Origin: a virus
Direction: 5' to 3' (one strand)
Length of the DNA: 64,000 nt
IMG/VR virus record: IMGVR_UViG_2788500098_000001
The stretch's first letter is position 1. Each line of letters opens with the position of its first letter. The notes under the pieces were generated by a model. That model was not told where the DNA came from. It saw only the letters and a list, made by a program, of their open reading frames with translations, and did not search any database. Shown here piece by piece: positions 40,501 through 47,860 of the stretch. The translations under genes and the position numbers were made by a program.

Positions 40501-40896
40501 GGAGATTTAGATCTGCTACCACAAGCATCTACAGCGAAAAGTATGTTAGGACGCATTTTCTTAGGTAATGGGAATACGGCTGGTAACGTGAGTCAAAACA
40601 ATGTTAGAGAAGCAAACCGTCTTTTACGTCAAAGCGCAAGAAATGGTGGTATGCCTAAGGGACGCGGCCTATATGAACGTATGGGCAGATCAGTAGATAT
40701 GGTGCAATGCTGGTATTCTGGGCAAGGAGAAGCGTTAGCTCACTCATGCAGCCAGCTGCCGGACGCGAAACCGGTTGATCTGAGCTCATATATGCCCGCT
40801 AAACCAGAATTAGTAGGAGTTGTTACACCTGCCGATAATGATCGCGTGCAAGTCAGTTTAACTTCCACTACTGATGATTGGATTCTAGATGATTAA
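37585..40896 (+). CDS. Membrane-anchored FtsK/SpoIIIE-family ATPase
   Basis: Several N-terminal TMs; TPHLLASGTTGSGKS, IQIDEF, ARSAGI.LLLGAQ. Confidence 0.9.
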   Translation: MGRTYKRQANRRTKQQTPVVVSYHTPIRIITIIVSILLIMFGLPGMLLNSIGFWFASVMARKPELTGFDAWRQPEPSSPREQRALHSYRKAKAWFARWQDFDPRSPIFMWTVGVGATFASLQYLFAWYTNTTNTLWMTWWSLTGTMIGTSLFLAAWIGAKHTSMTRTHCTFRPVKWTKSRSTQCLGFALAGILASLLVWALTGCWPFLVGLPCLLTPIPITHSWKAARSQFTADIESATMLDRWIQQVKKPSFRSRPMMVTQTQTSPSGERMFLISVSHPNEWVNQATRDDLRPYANSENLDLAFVFHGDDKLHALANIAPLQTPDPIALTSNKVSLMVRCNMETARLGFNYATWPGSSILLPVGYSDSKAAAFVWKIKGPQPDWMQVQSSWLRGSTDGELGDWGSLIGLHMIVDPSYTHGWVYRGEIENISFDDDKAARYRFQQFSTTTDTKHYLSLISNHERDLDTWDNALKTVKLPPPVAILYDNAERFETQDWALQVTPMGISQQGGFQATDYMSIDLRPAMGDSTIADVLGMPNATVRDSWYTRYFRFVQSVPAVNPRIPTVLRSVRGSSAAHALLAQVIASRAFASILKRPALVGKPEQMSNTDEWTLWRIPVELTGGVTPADARRAQPRLKSMMGADIALWQWLDASHVILWAGNQCPTQTNQWRYPQCAKQAVKLLLDDAWAQAGATTKDGRSITTISYAPAKGTLKKAVFTIPAGLPPDKVESCVDGFCSNAGFSYSKTLPSAQAGQSIMLVSERMPLPEYVEANWNTITGESLQLPFGVLDDGSTAVWNPHDTPHLLASGTTGSGKSSVSLTLVQAALRQGIQVAVTDPNKGANDFRPIRDKLIAFEDTLEGCCALTSWAVSQMRYRVQLITEHGGGDYDSLPEAIKPPRLLIQIDEFNSLLVKDKSKTANPLGDPEIDNQNTLTDWSNGIRTKIGFNVSTLLTQARSAGIMLLLGAQQLNAGDLDLLPQASTAKSMLGRIFLGNGNTAGNVSQNNVREANRLLRQSARNGGMPKGRGLYERMGRSVDMVQCWYSGQGEALAHSCSQLPDAKPVDLSSYMPAKPELVGVVTPADNDRVQVSLTSTTDDWILDD

Positions 40897-40928
40897 CACT
40901 CTTACCTAGCATCCAATAAACAATCAGA

Positions 40929-41138
40929 TTAGCGTTGCGAAAACAAGCGAGTCAAACGATTACCCCACACTCGCATAATCCACCAAGGACCAATAAACAG
41001 GGCACCAGTAAAGAACAAGCTTGACCATAAACGAGATGAACTGCCAATAGCTAAAACAATCAACCCACTGGCAACCACCCCTAAGAGAAGAGTAAACCAA
41101 CGCGAACAACCTTGTTGTTTTTCATTAATTTTGTGCAT
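40929..41138 (-). CDS. Small 2-TM protein
   Basis: Leaderless start directly after class A motif. Confidence 0.7.
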   Translation of the reverse strand: MHKINEKQQGCSRWFTLLLGVVASGLIVLAIGSSSRLWSSLFFTGALFIGPWWIMRVWGNRLTRLFSQR

Positions 41139-41157
41139 ACTTTATATATGCGTCCAA
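41139..41157 (-). promoter_or_regulatory. Class A motif (leaderless)
   Basis: TTGGACGCATATATAAAGT-ATG. Confidence 0.85.
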
Positions 41158-41201
41158 TTTGCATGCCCAACTATCGAAAGGTGAAACACTATCACTTTCA
41201 C

Positions 41202-41207
41202 GCATAG
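41202..41207 (+). promoter_or_regulatory. Class B motif (leaderless)
   Basis: GCATAG-8 nt-ATG 41216. Confidence 0.75.
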
Positions 41208-41215
41208 TTTCCAGC

Positions 41216-43771
41216 ATGACAGCTATAGAAACAGCAGGCACATTTGCTAGACATCAAGGACAAGGATTCGTACGTACCATCGACGGGTCCGCATGGCTCT
41301 ATTGGACACTACCTTCACAACCCAGCGTCAGAGACGCAGGATCATGGTCCGATAAACTCAAAGCTGCCCGCCCAATCCAAGTAATCCTCCCTGCACTAGC
41401 AGCATTAGCACCACGAGTTCCACTCATGGGACGTAAAGTCGCCAAAAGTTTCTACCGGCACATCCACATCCTAGCTATAGCCACACCACAACCATACAAA
41501 CCCAGCGACAATCTAGACACCGAAAGCCGAATACGACTACAACGAATATACGCAAACACCCCAGAACACGACCGCTTCACACTCGTCGGCGTTCGACTAA
41601 ACAGCGGCGGTGAAAAACACCAAGGATTTTGGAGCAAAGTAGCATCCTGGATCAACCAAGCCGAAACAGACGAAGACGGAACAGGCATACCAGACGAAGC
41701 CTTCAACACCGACCGAACACGTATCCAACACATATTCCAAGACGCAGGATGCAGACCACCAACTGAACACGAAATGCGCCGCGCACTAGCCTGGTGGCAA
41801 ACCAACCGAATGCCAGAAACCGTACCAATCATGGTAGAACACGAACACATGCACACCTTCCCCAACATCCAATCATGCCGACTAGGAGAAGACCTAAGAA
41901 ATACCCGCATCGACTGCACCACCTGGAGCAAACGAATACAAGGCTCATACCCAATGACCATCGTATCCTTAGGATCCCTACCATTCCAAGGCCAAGATGA
42001 ACGCAACGAACCAGACGCAGACTGGGCAGCCACACTACTCGCAAGCGCTCGCGGTTCTGGGCAGGGTGCTTTAGCATTATCTATTAGGGGTTTAGTTGAA
42101 CCCGGTGAAGCTAGTAGAGAGCAAATTGATAAAGATAAGCAGAATGTGCTTGATAAAACATTGAAGCAGCTAGAAGATAATCATAAAACTAATGTTAGTG
42201 TTGCTAATGATTTATCTGAAGTTGATGACATTTACCAAGTGAATGGTCGCCCGTGGCCAACATTGATTGATGCTCATGTGCATGTAGCTATTCCTGATGT
42301 GATAGATCAGCCTAATAAAGTCATGTATCCGGGAGAGGTTCGTTTAAATCCAGATCGGCAGGAAGCTGCGTTTCAAGATATGATGATAGGAAGTAGCATT
42401 TCATATAATCCTTCTCCTGTTTATTGGCCAACCCCGATTTTAGCGTTTGCTGGCCTGTCTGGAAGGTCTGTTGCAGGCGAGGATATGGGACGGGTGCGTA
42501 AAAAGGTTAAAGGTCGTTCGATACCTCTTCCAGGTGCTCTTCCTGGCGCTCTGCTAGGTTTTTCCGAGTCTGATCGCCTTCCTGTGTACTGTTCGCCGTT
42601 CGCATCTAGGTTTTTGCATTGTCCACCAGGGTTACTTGTGTTATCACGAACCGGTGGTGGTAAAACACGTGTTATGCTTCATTTAGCTTCTCAATGGTCA
42701 CTATTACGCAATCCTGATAATCCATCACAAGGTATTCCTGGAGTGTTTTTTGATCCGAAACCGAATTCTGATGATTTTGAACCATTCGTACATAGTCAAA
42801 ACGGTAATATTTACAGGCTTGACGATCCTAAATCTGAAGCGTTACTCGACCCGCTACGTTGCATGCCTGCCACCATGGGAGAAGAACGGGTACAAACAGC
42901 AGTGGAACTGTTGGGACAAATTCTAGGTGGCGAATACGGTGACAGACAGCTTGAACTCGCGTTAACCTCTATTATTGGGTATGGAATACGACATGGGGCA
43001 GACTGCACAGGTATAGCCGTACAACTAGCCTATGAAGCGTACGAAAATAAAGCGACAGATTACGAAACAATTAGTCCGAAAGTCGCTACCATTTATCCTG
43101 AGCTCAAACGTTTTGCTTTAAACCAGCCGATGTTTCGACTCATATACGGCACAAAACCCGGTGGAATGCAGTTAAGTATTTCTAATGGTTTGACACTCAT
43201 TTCTGCTGGCACTATGAACATTATTGGAGAGGGAACACAATCAGTTCCAAACGCAGTACAACGATGGGTAGTGCGTATGGCAGCTTTAGGTGGTGCCGCA
43301 TCCATTATCGGACGGAATGGATATATTGCCATGGATGAAGCTTGGTCACTACTCGGGGACCCGTATGGAGTTTCTGTAGCCAACCGCATGGGACGACTTG
43401 CCCGCGCTCAACATTACATGTTCATGATGGCATCCCAAAAGGTTGACGAATTCGCAGATGCAGGATTAGAAGATTTCGTCGGACGTTTCATTGTTCTCGG
43501 TATGGGGTCAAAAAATGAGTTAGCAGGGCGTAAATCTCAAGCTGAATCAGTGCTGATGCTTACCAACCAACAACATAATGATCGCATGAGAGAACGTATC
43601 ACTCATGATCAAGTTACAGATACAGATTCTAATACTCCTGATTGGGATAGCTTGTTTGCCTTGTTTGACCCAGACACTGGTCAACTCTTACGAGGCTCTA
43701 TCGGATACTATATAGGCGTTGACCGGTCAGCTATTCCTGTAGAAATTAACGTGTCTAACACTCTGGTATGA
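41216..43771 (+). CDS. VirB4/TcpF-like conjugation ATPase
   Basis: SRTGGGKT, FFDPKP, AMDEAWSLL, RLARAQ....MASQ. Confidence 0.82.
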   Translation: MTAIETAGTFARHQGQGFVRTIDGSAWLYWTLPSQPSVRDAGSWSDKLKAARPIQVILPALAALAPRVPLMGRKVAKSFYRHIHILAIATPQPYKPSDNLDTESRIRLQRIYANTPEHDRFTLVGVRLNSGGEKHQGFWSKVASWINQAETDEDGTGIPDEAFNTDRTRIQHIFQDAGCRPPTEHEMRRALAWWQTNRMPETVPIMVEHEHMHTFPNIQSCRLGEDLRNTRIDCTTWSKRIQGSYPMTIVSLGSLPFQGQDERNEPDADWAATLLASARGSGQGALALSIRGLVEPGEASREQIDKDKQNVLDKTLKQLEDNHKTNVSVANDLSEVDDIYQVNGRPWPTLIDAHVHVAIPDVIDQPNKVMYPGEVRLNPDRQEAAFQDMMIGSSISYNPSPVYWPTPILAFAGLSGRSVAGEDMGRVRKKVKGRSIPLPGALPGALLGFSESDRLPVYCSPFASRFLHCPPGLLVLSRTGGGKTRVMLHLASQWSLLRNPDNPSQGIPGVFFDPKPNSDDFEPFVHSQNGNIYRLDDPKSEALLDPLRCMPATMGEERVQTAVELLGQILGGEYGDRQLELALTSIIGYGIRHGADCTGIAVQLAYEAYENKATDYETISPKVATIYPELKRFALNQPMFRLIYGTKPGGMQLSISNGLTLISAGTMNIIGEGTQSVPNAVQRWVVRMAALGGAASIIGRNGYIAMDEAWSLLGDPYGVSVANRMGRLARAQHYMFMMASQKVDEFADAGLEDFVGRFIVLGMGSKNELAGRKSQAESVLMLTNQQHNDRMRERITHDQVTDTDSNTPDWDSLFALFDPDTGQLLRGSIGYYIGVDRSAIPVEINVSNTLV

Positions 43772-43786
43772 CGCATATATAATGGT
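43769..43786 (+). promoter_or_regulatory. Class A motif (leaderless)
   Basis: TGACGCATATATAATGGT-ATG 43787. Confidence 0.85.
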
Positions 43787-44041
43787 ATGGCAAATATTAC
43801 GACATTAACAACAGCACAAGCTGTCAGTTTAGAGCACATCATCCAAATTATGCGTTCATATGGTTTTGACCATGAAGGACAGGGAATACGTTCTTCGAAC
43901 GTTCATATCGAAAATCATGAGTCATATATTGTTTTTTGGCTGGAAAGTGAACAATCAATAGCCAATGGAACATTAAATAGGAACGGCAAAGGCTTGTGGT
44001 GGCTTCGAGAAGAAGCACAACAAACTATTCACGTCCAGTAA
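43787..44041 (+). CDS. Hypothetical protein
   Basis: Leaderless after class A motif. Confidence 0.7.
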   Translation: MANITTLTTAQAVSLEHIIQIMRSYGFDHEGQGIRSSNVHIENHESYIVFWLESEQSIANGTLNRNGKGLWWLREEAQQTIHVQ

Positions 44042-44177
44042 TAATATGGTACAAGCCTATAATGATACCGAGGATGTAACCAATAACATTGATTATAAAA
44101 TTGAATGCCCACTTGAAAACAACCAAAAAAATCAATCCAATAATGGCACCGATAATGAACGCTATAGTGAAAACCAT
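44025..44177 (-). CDS. Small hydrophobic protein
   Basis: AAAGGAAGG SD after class A motif; MVFTIAFIIG.. Confidence 0.65.
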   Translation of the reverse strand: MVFTIAFIIGAIIGLIFLVVFKWAFNFIINVIGYILGIIIGLYHIITGRE

Positions 44178-44195
44178 AATGAACACCTTCCTTTC

Positions 44196-44213
44196 ACTAT
44201 TTATTATGCGTCC
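44196..44213 (-). promoter_or_regulatory. Class A motif
   Basis: GGACGCATAATAAATAGT. Confidence 0.8.
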
Positions 44214-45259
44214 GAATTTTGCATCATCCATTCATTATGCCACTGTTCAACCATTTTCGGATTCAAATGAAGGCTTTTTGCAACTTTCTTCCTATCAAGA
44301 TCCTTCGCGAATACTTCATTAAACAAAGCCTGTAAATCCAGTTTTGCTTCAGCACTAGGTTCAACACCGATAGACGGTATATCCTCTTGTACCTCTACTT
44401 TTTGTTCAACACCAGCAGATAAGAGATCATTAACTCTCTCTCCACGAAGAACTTGCTGCCCCCTTTTAAACATGACTTCAAAATCTTTACGACCGTTATA
44501 TACTCTTCCATCAGGAAGCCGTTTTACACTGTCAGGACGCTTTGTATGAGGATTAGCGTTACGCCCATCTGATAGTCTCATACCTCCACCAAAAGAAACT
44601 CCTCGAACAATTTTATCGTTGATAAATTCCATCATATTCTCATCCCATAGTTGATCACGTATATGCGATGGAGGCAAACCTCGTGTATGATGATCAATTT
44701 GCCATTGTTGAACACGTTGTTGGTATCGTAAACCAACTCTCATTTTATGCTCAGTCAGATTCCATGGTGGTAGTCGTAACACTCGTTGTATTTTCACTGG
44801 TGCTTTAACTGCGCTTGCAACGAGCTGAGGACTATAACAACGAGTCGGATCTATCGCTATCGCCTGACGTAACCCAGCTAATCTTTCAAATAAATATCGT
44901 TCAGCTTCGCGTTGAGCATCAGAAACATTCAGCAAAAACTTGTTTAATTCACGAACCAATGGGCCAGGTTGATCATTACTCCCTAATGCTTGTTCAACTA
45001 GCGCCATTTCTTGCTCTGGAGTACAAACCGGCTGATCGCGATAATCTGCGCTCAACCCAGGTTGAGTAGCCCGCAAATTAGATGCTAGCCACCGCCATTG
45101 TTTGTCATGACTGTCTAACTCGTTATACAAGCTGATTCTATTGCGTTTTGACTTCGGATTGTTTAAAACAGGCAAATCGCTTATATCATGCGACTTATAG
45201 TCATACTGTCCACCAGTGCCACCAGGGCTATGTTTTGGTTTTCGTGATGTGTTGCTCAT
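44204..45259 (-). CDS. GGQ(Y/F)-tagged protein with sigma-70-like region 2 and C-terminal HTH
   Basis: RKPKHSPGGTGGQYD tag; GLRQAIAIDPTRCYS..RVLRLP resembles GL..A...FDP.RGY..R.IRIP; C-terminal LDRKKVAKSLHLNPKMVEQW HTH. Confidence 0.5.
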   Translation of the reverse strand: MSNTSRKPKHSPGGTGGQYDYKSHDISDLPVLNNPKSKRNRISLYNELDSHDKQWRWLASNLRATQPGLSADYRDQPVCTPEQEMALVEQALGSNDQPGPLVRELNKFLLNVSDAQREAERYLFERLAGLRQAIAIDPTRCYSPQLVASAVKAPVKIQRVLRLPPWNLTEHKMRVGLRYQQRVQQWQIDHHTRGLPPSHIRDQLWDENMMEFINDKIVRGVSFGGGMRLSDGRNANPHTKRPDSVKRLPDGRVYNGRKDFEVMFKRGQQVLRGERVNDLLSAGVEQKVEVQEDIPSIGVEPSAEAKLDLQALFNEVFAKDLDRKKVAKSLHLNPKMVEQWHNEWMMQNSDA

Positions 45260-45268
45260 GACAAGCAA

Positions 45269-45274
45269 CTATGC
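45269..45274 (-). promoter_or_regulatory. Class B motif (leaderless)
   Basis: GCATAG-9 nt-ATG 45259. Confidence 0.75.
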
Positions 45275-45276
45275 GC

Positions 45277-46389
45277 TCATTCATCTTGAATGATGATCGC
45301 TCGTATAGTCGCTACTAGTTGATTCGCCTGATCCCGATACTTTTGATAACCTTTCGATCCTACTTGTGCTCCTCGAGGGCGAGTTTTCAGGTTCAACCGT
45401 TGGCATTCCTGATCCCAGACACTTTGCGATTCCACTCCGGGATATTGAAAAAGCTTTTGCTCGTATGCAAGTCCTGTACGAGCGTTTCTGAGAGTCATTC
45501 CTTCGCGGTTGAGAATGGCGTCAGCACGTAGATTCGGATGTTTTGCTACCAGATAGTCAGCAACCTGATGATCTAGAACTACAAGTTCTATGCTTTGTCT
45601 TAGATTTGGTTTAGGCCGTACTGATGCAAACAATGTTTTCAACTCTTGAGGATCGACCCCTGGTTGTATGATCTCTCCGTCAATTATACGTTTCAACATA
45701 GCTTGAGCTTGTTTGTATGTTACATCATGCTCATATAGCCATTGCATATTTGGTTTAAATTCTGTTAAACATGCTACTTCCGGGTTAGCGTTTTTATATG
45801 AACCTGTATATCTATCCATAATTTCTCTCTCTTTTCTATTTAAATATTTTAATGATTTACCAGAAAGCGCAGCCTTGGTTTCTTTCCACGCTTTTAGACC
45901 TCCGCAAGTACTATGTATGCCACTTTCATAGATTCCATTATGAAGGGGGAGGTATCGTGTTGTTTTTCTTTTTCCTTCTTTATAATCTATCCGTTGCTTA
46001 TTATTAATTGTTTTTACTGCTTCGTCCCAAATCTCTGCTTCCGTATCATCTGTGACCACGTGTCCGAGACTTCTTATTTCAGCTTTATGCCGCTCAAAAG
46101 CATAGCCAGCACGTAAAAGGGTAATCGGCACATGGAATTCACGCTGGAAAATATGTTCCAATTTAATATTTCGAGCTATGTGAACAGTATATTTTAAAGT
46201 GAGTGTACGTTCAGGATGAAGTCTCATCACGTCGCATATTGCATTAATGATAGCTTCATGAACAAGGTCTTCACTACGAGAGGGATTACAGATAAACGTG
46301 TTGAGCTTATATGCTGCACTATACTCATAGGAAGGATCTGAGTACTTTTGTATTACTCTTTCGAATTCGGCAGAAGTAATTGTTTTCAT
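45277..46389 (-). CDS. Divergent sigma-70-family protein (regions 2-3, possible region 4)
   Basis: SEDLVHEAI..A, HIARN, REFHVP...LGHVVTDDTEAE (like R.IRIP..LGR.PT.EE.AE), LKYLNRKEREIM. Confidence 0.6.
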   Translation of the reverse strand: MKTITSAEFERVIQKYSDPSYEYSAAYKLNTFICNPSRSEDLVHEAIINAICDVMRLHPERTLTLKYTVHIARNIKLEHIFQREFHVPITLLRAGYAFERHKAEIRSLGHVVTDDTEAEIWDEAVKTINNKQRIDYKEGKRKTTRYLPLHNGIYESGIHSTCGGLKAWKETKAALSGKSLKYLNRKEREIMDRYTGSYKNANPEVACLTEFKPNMQWLYEHDVTYKQAQAMLKRIIDGEIIQPGVDPQELKTLFASVRPKPNLRQSIELVVLDHQVADYLVAKHPNLRADAILNREGMTLRNARTGLAYEQKLFQYPGVESQSVWDQECQRLNLKTRPRGAQVGSKGYQKYRDQANQLVATIRAIIIQDE

Positions 46390-46408
46390 ACTTCTTATAT
46401 GCGTCCAA
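46390..46408 (-). promoter_or_regulatory. Class A motif (leaderless)
   Basis: TTGGACGCATATAAGAAGT-ATG 46389. Confidence 0.85.
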
Positions 46409-46493
46409 AATCGTTAAAAGGAGGTCAAGCACCAATTGATACAACGGACGCGCTCTGTTAGCACTTGGTAAACAACAGTGGATTGTCTCTATG

Positions 46494-46499
46494 GCATAG
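46494..46499 (+). promoter_or_regulatory. Class B motif (leaderless)
   Basis: GCATAG-8 nt-ATG 46508. Confidence 0.7.
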
Positions 46500-46507
46500 G
46501 TTCAGGT

Positions 46508-47578
46508 ATGGCACTACATGCAAATAGGAACGATCGTCGTCCATGTATTGAACTGTCCGCAACTATGGTCACACTTATGCTGGTTCTGCTAGCCATCCAG
46601 CTTGGATGGCAGTATGTTGGCACTGGCCTTGATCAGGACACTGTTTCTCAGCAGCTAGAGACGAGAAGTAAACAGCCAGTAAGTAGTCAGGTAGCAGACC
46701 GTATTGCTCCTATTCGTCATGATCCTCCGCCTTTGGAATCAGCTCCCATCCCCGGTGAGCTTTTTGCATATTTACGTATACCAGTTTTTAGCACACAGTG
46801 GAGGCTACCTGTTCAAGAGGGAGTGTCTACGCAAGTTTTAGACAACCTAGGCGCAGGACATTATACAAACACAGCATTACCTGGGCAAAAAGGAAATTCA
46901 GCTTACGCTGGTCATGCTACCGTAACTGACTTAGGTACCATCAATCGACTACCAAGTCATGCGGAAATTATCGTAGAAACTAGCACTGCCTGGTATATCT
47001 ATCAAGTGGTACAAGGTCAAGTGGTCCAGGACACCAATACTAGTGTTATTTCTCCTGAAGCCATTAAAACAGAACGTGGATTAACTCTTACGACCTGCTG
47101 GCCTATGCTATCTCTCACTCCTACTCATCAACGATACGTATTACACGCAGCTTATGAAGGATGGATAGCAAAAACAGATGGTATGCCAGAAAGTTTAGCA
47201 AACACTCATCTAACATCAACCGACCAAGTTGTTCGTACCGTTCATCAAATTTCTCGACAGATACAAGTGCCGTTTACTGGCATATTAGCGATTTGTTTCT
47301 TTATTATGTGGATGATTGCAGACACTATTGCTTGGATGCTGTGGCACCACCATAAATCTTTGCCCAAACAACACTACAATTTATTCTCCTGGATATGGTG
47401 GTTGCAAGCCGGCCCTCCTGCTTGCAATGGTTGGAAACTCGTATTCAGCAGAATTATCAGAATCGGCTTGTACATACTGTTATTTACGGCAATCACATTT
47501 GCTTGTTGGCATTGGTGGTGTCCTTATGTGGCGAGCAATATAAATATGTTTTCTAGCCCTCACCCTCTCATCAAATAA
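46508..47578 (+). CDS. Sortase (class E-like) with C-terminal TMs
   Basis: AYAGH, LTLTTCWP and RYVL catalytic triad context. Confidence 0.92.
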   Translation: MALHANRNDRRPCIELSATMVTLMLVLLAIQLGWQYVGTGLDQDTVSQQLETRSKQPVSSQVADRIAPIRHDPPPLESAPIPGELFAYLRIPVFSTQWRLPVQEGVSTQVLDNLGAGHYTNTALPGQKGNSAYAGHATVTDLGTINRLPSHAEIIVETSTAWYIYQVVQGQVVQDTNTSVISPEAIKTERGLTLTTCWPMLSLTPTHQRYVLHAAYEGWIAKTDGMPESLANTHLTSTDQVVRTVHQISRQIQVPFTGILAICFFIMWMIADTIAWMLWHHHKSLPKQHYNLFSWIWWLQAGPPACNGWKLVFSRIIRIGLYILLFTAITFACWHWWCPYVASNINMFSSPHPLIK

Positions 47579-47802
47579 TTAGGCTACAAATATACGTCCC
47601 GAATATTAAAAAATCTGTAACAATCAAACATCAATCAGGTTATCTTGTTGTCCTTTACCTGTTTATCTCTAATTGTTCAACAGATATAAGCAGTCAACAG
47701 CTAAGCATGCTCTATATAAAGAGCAGTGAATTCTATAAAACAATACTAGAAAACGGTACGTATTTTAATCCGATAAGCACATTTTAGGACGCGCTCCTCA
47801 AA

Positions 47803-47822
47803 TTGGACGCATATATATAAGT
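47803..47822 (+). promoter_or_regulatory. Class A motif heading the phage-type operon
   Basis: TTGGACGCATATATATAAGT(GAAGCC). Confidence 0.88.
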
Positions 47823-47860
47823 GAAGCCATTAACCAACGCTTATAGAGGAGGTCAGCATA

